DNA from: Octopus vulgaris
Taxonomy: Eukaryota
DNA length: 64,000 nt
NCBI GenBank assembly: GCA_951406725.2
Contig: OX597842.1
Location: forward strand, 17,794,001 to 17,858,000
Direction of reading: 5' to 3'
Below the pieces are notes generated by a model, which saw only the letters and a list, made by a program, of their open reading frames with translations, was not told where the DNA came from and made no database searches. Positions within the stretch are counted from its first letter, which is position 1, and each line of letters begins with the position of its first letter. Positions 51,743-64,000 of the stretch are shown here, in pieces. A program made the translations under genes and the position numbers.

Positions 51743-53618
51743 CATATATATACATACATACATATATACATACATACATATATATATATACATATATACA
51801 TACATACATACATACAAACATACACACACATACATACATACACACATACACACATACATACATACATATACATACATTCATGCATACATACATATATACA
51901 TACATACATACATATATATATATATAGGTATACATGCATTCATATATATACATACATACGTACATACATATATATACATACCTATATATACATACATACA
52001 CACAGACATATACATACATATATACATACATACATACATACATATATACATACAAACATATATATATACCTACATACAAACATTCATACATACATACATA
52101 TATACATACATACATACATACATACATTAAATATATATACATACTTCCATACATATATATATATATACATACATACATATATATACATCCATGCATGCAT
52201 ATATATATACATATATATATATAGATAGATAGATAGATAGATAAATACATACATATACATATATATATATAAGGCGGCGAGCTGGCGGAAATGCGTAGCC
52301 GTTACATTCTGAGTTAAAATTCCGCCGAGGTCGACTTTGCCTTTCATCATTTCGGGGTCGATATATTAAGTACCAGTTATGCACTGGGGTCGATATAATC
52401 GACTTAATCCGTTTGTCTGTCCTTGTTTGTGCTCTCTGGTGTTTAGCCCCTTGTGGGTAGTAAAGAATTACGTATATATATACATATATACATACATACA
52501 TACATACATACATACATACATACATACACACACACATACATACATACCTACATACAAACATACATATACACACTTACATACATACATACATGCATATATA
52601 GATACATAAATACATACAAACATATATACATACATATATGCATACATAAATACATACATATATACATACATACATACACACACATACATACATATATACA
52701 TACAAGCATACATACATACATAAATATATACATACATATATATATTCATACATACCTAAATATATACATACATATATACATACATATATATACATACATA
52801 CATACACACACATACATACATACATACATACAAACATACATACATACACACATTCATACATATGCATACATTCATACATACATAATTTATACATACATAC
52901 ACACATACATACATACAAACATACATACATACATACAAACATACATACATACACACATACACACATACATACATACATTCATACATAAATACATACATAC
53001 ATACATATATGCATATATACATACATACATACAAACATACATACAAGCATATATACATACATACAGACGTACATACATGCATGCATAAATACATACATTC
53101 AAACATACATACATACATACATGCATATATACATACATACATAGATAACTACATACACACAGACATATACATACATATATGTATATACATACATACATGC
53201 ATATATATATACACCCACATACATACATACATATGCATACATACATTACTACATACATATACATACATACATACGTGCATACATACATACATACACACAA
53301 ACATACATACATGCATACATACATATATACATACATACATACTCAACTACATACATGCATATGCATACATACATACATATATATACATACATATATACAT
53401 ATATATATATACATACAAATATATATATACATACATTCATACATACATACATACAATTATACATATATATATACATACATACATGCATACATACATAACT
53501 ACATACATATACATACATACGTGCATACATACATACACACATACATACATGCATACATACATAGATACATACATACATACATAACTACATACATGCATAT
53601 ACATACATACATATATAT

Positions 53619-53649
<31 letters not shown>

Positions 53650-53867
53650 CATATATATACATACATACATACATATAATTATATACGTACATAAATATAT
53701 ATACATGCATACAAACATACATAGATACATATATATACATACATACATAATTATATACATACATGCACACATACATACAGGCATACATACGTACATATAT
53801 ACACACACACATCCATACCTAACTACTTACATACAAACATACATACACACACACATACATACATACA

Positions 53868-53901
<34 letters not shown>

Positions 53902-54572
53902 CATACGTACATATATACATACATACATACGTATATACATACGTACACATACATACATACATATTTACATGCTTACATACACACACATACATACAAACAT
54001 ACATATACATACATTCATACATGCATACACATATACATACATCCAACCATACATACACATACATACATACACACATACATACATACAAACATACATACAT
54101 TCATATATACAGACGTATATACACACATACACACATACACACATACATACATAAATACATACATACATACAAACATAGATACATTCATACATACACACTT
54201 ACATTTATTCATTCATACATACATATATACATACATACATACATACATACATACATACACATATACAAACACATACATACACACACACATACATACATAT
54301 GTAACAAGACAACTGCGTTTTTATGCATGGTAATCGAAACGATATTATTTTTACATGGCAACGTATCGATAGCTTTAAATTTTTAATTATGCACTAGATA
54401 AATTACACTTAATGACCTCGAAATAAACTGTGGTCAATGATTACAGGACGAGAATCCATATCTTATTGAAATGAAGCCTTGCTTTGGATTGTATTTCGAT
54501 TTAAAGTAAACGTTGCCTAGATACCAAACTTGAGAACTTAAAAAAATCTGTAAAACTTTCCAAAAGTTTATC

Positions 54573-54645
<73 letters not shown>

Positions 54646-54851
54646 ACTATAGGCATGAGAAGACATACATGAAGTAAAACAAAGTAATCTACACATATAC
54701 ATAAAAAAATACCCTGATGTTGAAATGCCAATGAAGGAGTCTTGAATCAGGGTTAGAAACCGGCTCTTTCTCTATAGGCAAGAGATCTTGAAATAAAACT
54801 GAACAATGACATTCATACATACATACATACATACATACATACATACATACA

Positions 54852-54887
<36 letters not shown>

Positions 54888-55667
54888 TACATATATACAT
54901 ATGTGTATATATACATACATACAAACATACATATCTATATAAATACATACATATAGGCAAGAGATCTTGAAATAAAACTGAACAATGACCTTCATACATA
55001 TATATATACATACATACATACATACATACGTACATACATACATACACAAATATATACGTACATTCATACATATATATATATATCATACATATATACATAC
55101 ATACATACGTATATATATACATGCAAACATACACATATATATATACATACATACATACATACATACTTACATATATACATGCATATATAAATACATACAT
55201 ACATGTATATATACATACATACATACATAAATACATACATTCACACATACATACTTACATACATACATACATACATATATACATACATACATACATACAT
55301 ACATACATACAAAACTACATACATACATATACGTACATACATATACATACATACATACACACAGACATATACATACATATATATATATATACATACATAC
55401 ATACATACATGCATGCATGTATACACATACATACTTATATATACATACATACATACATATATACATACATGCACACACGTACATACATACATACATGTAT
55501 ACATACTTACATACACACACATACATACGTACATACATACTTACATATATACACATACATACTTATATATACATACAGACATAAATATTTACATATATAT
55601 ACATACAAACATATATATACATACATACATATACAGATACATATATATTTACATACATACATACATA

Positions 55668-55699
<32 letters not shown>

Positions 55700-56288
55700 C
55701 ATACATAGATATATATATATATACATACAAATATATACATACATATATATTCATATATACATGCATACACACATATATACATACATACACACACATACAT
55801 ACATAAATGCATGGACACATACATACATACATACCTACATACATACATACATCCATACATACACACACATACATACATACAAACAAACATACATACATAC
55901 ATGCATACATACATACATAAATACATACATACATATATACATACATACATACATACATAAATATATACATACATACATACACATACATACATACATATAT
56001 ACATACATACACACACATACATACATACATACATACATACATACATACATACATACATACATACATACATACACATACATACATACACACACATACATAC
56101 AAACAAACATACATACATACATACATGCATACATACATACATAAATACATACATACATATATACATACATACATTCATACATACGTACATATATACATAC
56201 ATACATACACATACATATATAGATACATACATACATACACATACATACATACAAACATACATATATATACATACATACATACATATAC

Positions 56289-56321
<33 letters not shown>

Positions 56322-56357
56322 CATACATACATATATATGCATTCATACATACATACA

Positions 56358-56391
<34 letters not shown>

Positions 56392-57713
56392 CATACATAC
56401 ATACATACAAACACACATACATACATACATACATACATACATACATACATACAAACATACATACATATACATATACATACATACATACATACATACATTC
56501 ATACATACATACAAACATACATACATACATACATACATACATACATACATACATACTCACATACATACATACATAAGTGTATGTACCTATGTGCATGAAA
56601 GTCTTGCATTTACTTGATAGGTAATTTGAGAACATACTGTGTCACCCTGTGTCGCTGCACCCTCCATTTCTTAGTGATTCCCTGACGGACGACGCCTTTG
56701 TATCATTTAGGCGACAACCCTACAACCCATGGTTCTGTTAGGGCAGTCGTTGTTAGTGAGGGTTTTACGGGATCAAAGCGCAAATGCTAACTCGCCCCCT
56801 TTTAATCTCTGTTTACAAAACGCAGACGAAACGTTGGGTCTATTCATTGATATGCCAGTCCCCTTCACAGCCCTGGGGCAACGTGAAATGCAGTGCCTTG
56901 CTCAAGGATACAACACGCCATCCTGTCTGGGAATCGATCGCACGTTCAGAGGATCGTGAATGCAAATCCTGACCCCTAAGCCACTCACATTCACTGATGG
57001 AAAAAATGCATAAACTTTGGTAATTTAATTAAAAATTCAATAAATTGATAATCGTGGTTCCTGATTTTGAATATCGGATCTTTTCCGTTTGAAAGGCACT
57101 TTTGAAAATAATTTCCACGTAACTAAACACTTTTGAACTTCGTATACTGGTAGAATGTGTTTATAAAGCATCTTTTTCTCTTGACTTTATTGAGAAAATT
57201 CTATGGTTTGTAAGATATTTTTTGTTGTTTTTCTTCAATTTCTGCTATTCCAACCAATCAAGGACGTCTATTGAGGTAAAAAAACATTCTGGGCGTATGA
57301 ATATATCCCTCGTTTAAGAAACAGATTGGGTTTACTTACACCTCTGAAGAAAAAAAGATACACTTCCCCCCACCCCTAACCCTAAACCAGATAGAAATGC
57401 AATAGATCGATACTAGGGTCATAATTATGGGTGACAATTTCATATGACACCGCTCGAAAAAACTGCCTTTCAAACCGAAAAGAGCCTGAATATCTTCTAA
57501 TCGATTCTTAATATTAACTGATTATATTCAGTGGAATAAATGGCTGCTTAAGCGCATAAAATATTTATACTGTAATGATTTTTAGAAAGATAGAAAATAT
57601 ACTAATAACAAATAAACCCCGATAAACTAAACATTGATTAGACTCAAGGTTGTTTAACGCTGTCTGCAGCCGGATAGTATTAATATACATACATACATAC
57701 ATACATACATACA

Positions 57714-57744
<31 letters not shown>

Positions 57745-58181
57745 GCATACAAACATACATATATATACATACATATATACATATAAATATATATACATAC
57801 AAACTTATATATACATACATACATATATATACATACATACATACATATATATACATACATACCCATATATACATACATATATACAAACATATATATACAT
57901 ACATACATATATATATACATACACAGTAACATACGGAAACACATACATATATACGTACATATAAACATACATACATACATATATACATACATACAGACAC
58001 ATACATACATACATATATACATACATTCACATACATAGATACAGACATATACATACATACATATATATGCATACATACATGCATACATACATATACATAC
58101 ATATATATACATACATACATATATACATACATACATACATATACATACATATATATACACATACATATATGCATACATACA

Positions 58182-58215
<34 letters not shown>

Positions 58216-58220
58216 CATAC

Positions 58221-58251
<31 letters not shown>

Positions 58252-58560
58252 CATACATATATATATACATGCATACATACATACATATATACATACACAC
58301 ACAGAGATACTTACATACATACATACATATACATACATACATATAGATACATACATATACATACATACATGCATACACAACATACATACATACATACATA
58401 TATACATATACATACATATATATCCATACATACATACATACATACATACATAGTTATACATACATACATATATATACATACATATATACATACATTCATA
58501 CATATACAGACATACATTTATATACATACATACATGCATACATACATTCGTAAATACATT

Positions 58561-58592
<32 letters not shown>

Positions 58593-59112
58593 CATACATA
58601 CTTACATACACACACATACATACATACATACATATACATACATACATACATATACATAAATAAAAATACATACATACATATACATGCACACATGCATAAA
58701 CACACATATATACATACATATATAAGTACAAACATACATACATACATACAAATACATACATACATTCATACATATATAATTACATACATACATATATAAT
58801 TACATACATACATACATATTTATACATACCTATACATACATACATATACATACATACATATGTATACATACATACAAACATATACTTACATCCATACATA
58901 TATATACATACATACGTACATATATATACATATATACATATATATACATACGTACATATATATACATACATACGTACATGCATACATACATATACATACA
59001 TAAATATACATACAAACATACATACATGCATATATACATACATACATACATACATACATATACATCCATAAATATATATATACATGGATACATACATACA
59101 TACATACATACA

Positions 59113-59146
<34 letters not shown>

Positions 59147-60438
59147 CATACATACATAGATATATACATATATACATACATACATACAAACGCATATACA
59201 TATGCATATATACATAAATAAATACACATACATACACACATACGTAGATACATACATACATATACATACATACATTATATATCCAAACATACATGCATAC
59301 ATACATATATATATATATATATACATACATACATACATACATACATATACACACATACATACATACATATATACATTCATACATACGTATACATACATTC
59401 ATACGTACATATATACATGTATACAAACATACATACATACATAAATACATACATATACATACATACATACATACAAATATATACCTATTTATATATACGT
59501 ATATATACATACATACATATATATACATACATACCAAAATATATACACATACATACACACATACATACACACATACATACATACATACATACACACATAC
59601 ATACATACATACATACACACACACATACACACATACATACATACATTCATATGTACATGTATACATAAATACATAGATTCATACATACATTTATACATAC
59701 ACACATACATACATACATACATACATAAATACATACATTAACACATACATACATACATACATATATACATACATACACAGATACATACATAACTACATAC
59801 ATATACATACATACATATATATATATACATACATACTTACACACAGACATATACATACATACATATATATATATACATACATGCATACATTTATACGCAT
59901 ACATACAAATATATACATACACACATACATACATACATACATACATATGCATACATGCATACATATATATATACATACATATATACATATAAATATATAT
60001 ACATACAAACTTATATATACATACATACATACATATATATACATACATACATACATACATATATACATACATGCACACACATACATACATACAAGCATAA
60101 CTACATACATACATACAAATACATACATACATATATATACATACATACACACAGACATATACATACATACATATATATACATACATACATACATACATAT
60201 ATATACATACAAACATATATATACATACATACAATACATATATACATACCTACATGCATATATATAAATACATACATACATACATACACATACATACATA
60301 CATACATACATACATACATACATACATACATACATACATACATACATACATACATACATACATACATACATACATACATACATACAAACATACATACATA
60401 CATACATACATACATACATACATACATACATACATACA

Positions 60439-60472
<34 letters not shown>

Positions 60473-60871
60473 CATACATACATATATACATACATACATA
60501 CATACATTCATATATACATACATACATACACATACATACATACATACATACATACATACATACACACAAATACATACATACATATACATACATTCATACA
60601 TACGTACATATATACGTACATACATACATACACATACATACATAGATACATACATACAAACATACATATATACATACATACATACATACATTCATACACA
60701 CATACACTCATATATTTATACATAAATACATGCTACATACATACATGCATATATACATACATACATACACACACACATACATACATACAATGATGCATAC
60801 ATACATACATACATACATACACACATACATACATACATGCATAATACATACATACATACATACAAGCGTAT

Positions 60872-60902
<31 letters not shown>

Positions 60903-61322
60903 CATACATACGTAACAACATACATACATATACATGCATACATATATATACATACATACACACAGACATATACATACATATATATATATACATACATGCA
61001 TACATATGAATACATACATACATATATATACATACATACATACATACATATATATATATATACGTACATACATATATATGCATACATACATACATATATA
61101 TACATACATATATACATACATTCACACACATACATACATACATACATACATACATACATACATACATACATACATACATACATACATACATAGACGCACA
61201 TATACATACATACAGGCATACATACATACATACATACATACATACGTACATACATACATACATACATACATACATACATACATACATACATACATACATA
61301 CATACATACATACATACAAACA
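51260..61322. repeat. Large degenerate (TACA)n/(TA)n microsatellite field with embedded islands
   Basis: Direct reading; source of the YIHT/MYVC ORFs. Confidence 0.95.
57076..57486. mobile_element. Non-autonomous TIR DNA transposon (Merlin-like) with 8-bp TSD
   Basis: TIRs ggatcttttccgtttgaaaggca...tgcctttcaaaccgaaaagagcc, TSD tgaatatc on both sides, internal ccctaaccctaa. Confidence 0.75.
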
Positions 61323-61815
61323 TAAGTGTACGTACCTATGTGTATAGAAATGGCTGTCTTGCCTTTACATGATAGGTAGTATGAGAACATATTGTGTCAC
61401 CCTGCGTCGCTGCACCCTCCATTTCTTAGTGATTCCCTGACGGACGACGCCTTTGCATCATTTAGGCGACAACCTACAACCCATGGTTCTTTTAGGGCTG
61501 TCGTTGGTAGTAAGGGTTTTACGGGACCAAAGTGCAAATGCTAACTCGTCCCCCTTTAATCTCTGTTTACAAAACGCAGACGAAACTTTGGCTCTATTCA
61601 TTGATATGCCAGTCCCCTTCACAGCCCTGGGGCAACGTGAAATGCAATGTGTTGCTCAAGGATACAACCCGCCATCCTGTCTGCGTTCACAGGATCGTGA
61701 ATGCAAATCCTGCCCCTAAGCCACTCACATTCACTGAAGAAAAAAATGTATAAACTTTGGTATTTTATTTAAAAATTCAATAAATTGATAATCGTGGTTC
61801 CTGATTTAGAATATC

Positions 61816-62226
61816 GGATCTTTTCTTTTTGAAAGGCACTTTTGTAAACAATTTCCACGTAACTAAAAACTTTTAAACTTCATTTTCTGGTAGAATGTGT
61901 TTATAAAACATCTTTTTCTCCTGGATTTATTGTGATAATTCTATACTTTGTAAGATATTTGTTGTTGTTTTTCTTCAATTTCTGCAATTTCAACCAATCA
62001 ATGACGTCTATTGAGGGAAAAAGCATTCTTTGCCGTATGAATATGTCCCTCGTTTAAGAAACAGATTGGATTTATCTACATTTCTGAAGGAAAAAGATAC
62101 CCTTCCCCCCACCCCTAACCCTAAAACAGATTGAAATGCAATAGATCGATACTAGGGTCATAATTATGGGTGACAATTTGATATGACACCGCTAGAAAAA
62201 ACTGCCTTTCAAACCGAAAAGAGCCT
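61816..62226. mobile_element. Same TIR element within the duplicated block
   Basis: Homologous to 57076-57486 with the same flanks. Confidence 0.75.
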
Positions 62227-62844
62227 GAATATCTTCTAATCGATTCTTAAAATTAACTGATTATATTCAGCGGAATAAATGGCTGCTTAATCGCATAAAA
62301 TATTTATACTGTAATGATTTTTAGAAAGATAGAAAATATACTTATAACAAATAAATCCCGATAAACTAAACATTGATTAGACTCAAGGTTGTTTAACGCA
62401 GTCTGCAGCCGGATATTATTAATTAATATCTCCAATTTATTCCTTCAAAATGGATTAATTAGTTTATATACAAAGTTCCAATGACTATTCGGATATTTCT
62501 TGCTTGGACTTGTTACTTCTCTGAAATGAATGAGCTTTCCCCCCGATTCTTAATATTCATTTTATTTGTGAGCTTACCATGACGTATTTCTCATTTTGAT
62601 CGATAAACGACATTTATGAGGATGTGTGTGTATATGTGTGTGTACACGTGTGTGTATGTGTGTGTATATATATATATAGGCGTGGGTGTGTGTGTGTGTG
62701 TGTGTTACTTCCTAATTACATGAATCCGGGTTCGGCCCCACAGTGTGACACCTTGCGACAGGGCCTTCTTCTGTAGCCTCGGGTTGGTCAAAGCCCCATA
62801 ACTTGTAAGTGGATTTGGAACTGGAAGGACCCGACGTATATCTG

Positions 62845-62935
<91 letters not shown>

Positions 62936-63332
62936 ATGTATTTATGTATATATGTATATATATATATATATATATGTATATACACATAGATATCTATATA
63001 TACATACATATATATACATATATATAAATATATATATATATGTATACATATGTAAGTATACATATGTATATATACATATATATATATATACATATATATA
63101 CTTATATGCATATATATATATACATATATATACTTATGTGTATACATATACATATATATATATAGTTATATAAATATGTATGTATATATATGTATATATA
63201 TATATATGTATATGCATATATATATGTATATGTATATATATGTACATGTATATATGAATATGTATATATACATGTATTTACATGTATATATATATGTATA
63301 TGTATATATACATGTATATATATATGTATATA

Positions 63333-63399
<67 letters not shown>

Positions 63400-63400
<1 letters not shown>

Positions 63401-63420
63401 TTTTATTATTATTATGATTA

Positions 63421-63453
<33 letters not shown>

Positions 63454-64000
63454 TATGTTTGACTTTTGCTTTATGTCTGTACAAGTTGGCTCCAAGTCTC
63501 ACCCAGAGACCTCAAGAGACAACAGGTTGGAAGTTCTGAGCCATATATTTGGGGGTTTTTTTGGTGTTGTACTAGTGAATGTCTAATACATAAAAATAAA
63601 ATTTAAAAAAAGATTAAAATTAAAATAAAAAAAAGTTTGTTTTAAACCTTGGGATTACATAGAGAGTATTTTGCGTAGGATATGAGCAGTTCCCATGAGC
63701 ACTATCTTTTGAATTTCTGCCATTTTGGGGTTTCCTGGTATCTGAGTTAGGTAGCTATCAGCCCCTTTTGTTATCATTCCCAGGGCACCTATGACAACAG
63801 GTATTGTTTTAGTCTTTAGGTTCCACATTTTTCTGATTTCTATTTCAAGATCTTTATATTAAAAAAGAATAAAAATAAAAATTAAAAAAAGTTTGTTTTA
63901 AACCTTGGGATTACATAGAGAGTATTTTGCGCAGGATATGAGCAGTTCCCATGAGCACTATCTTTTGAATTTCTGCCATTTTGGGATTTCCTGGTATCTG
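63400..64000 (-). mobile_element. R4/Dong-like element 3' end (restriction-like endonuclease tail) ending in (TAA)n, with a partial tandem duplicate
   Basis: KYKDLEIEIRKMWNLKTKTIPVVIGALGMI...EIQKIVLMGTAHILRKILSM*; 63870-64000 repeats 63615-63745. Confidence 0.8.

Larger units (their letters stand above)
56575..62420. repeat. Tandem segmental duplication: 56575-57685 repeated at 61322-62424, separated by (TACA)n
   Basis: Colinear match including SINE fragment and TIR element. Confidence 0.9.

Noticed and set aside
56729-56959. Duplicated ORF MVLLGQSLLVRVLRDQSANANS (also 61453-61719)
   Set aside because: Runs into an antisense SINE fragment, has no supporting splice structure, and is similar only because of the tandem duplication.
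51239-61390. Dozens of long YIHT/MYVC ORFs (also at 4489-5890)
   Set aside because: Stop-free translations of (TACA)/(TA) microsatellites.

Overview
Repeat-dense, AT-rich animal genomic DNA. The tRNA-derived SINE families and microsatellite load point to an octopus (inference from recalled repeat sequences, not a search). Nearly all ORFs in the supplied track are microsatellite or SINE artefacts. The real genic content, which the ORF track captures only in pieces, is a tail-to-tail (convergent) inverted pair of paralogous six-coding-exon genes: A (+, 20835-26634, 255 aa) and B (-, 44304-34664, 258 aa). Both encode secreted proteins with a signal peptide, a PAN/apple-like Cys domain and an unassigned C-terminal domain. 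Exon phases match exactly and both frames are intact, yet the proteins are only about 53% identical by hand count, and at least one exon looks more diverged than its flanking intron. A near-identical inverted copy of A's upstream region sits upstream of B, next to an older diverged copy. The window also holds several Penelope-like element remnants with minimal type I hammerhead ribozyme motifs showing three different compensatory 3-8 pairs (C-G, U-A, A-U). Other content: a satellite born from a Gypsy RNase H segment, SINE multimers, Helitron-like and Merlin-like non-autonomous elements, fold-back hairpins, CR1 and R4/Dong LINE fragments, and a ~10 kb degenerate (TACA)n field with embedded duplications.
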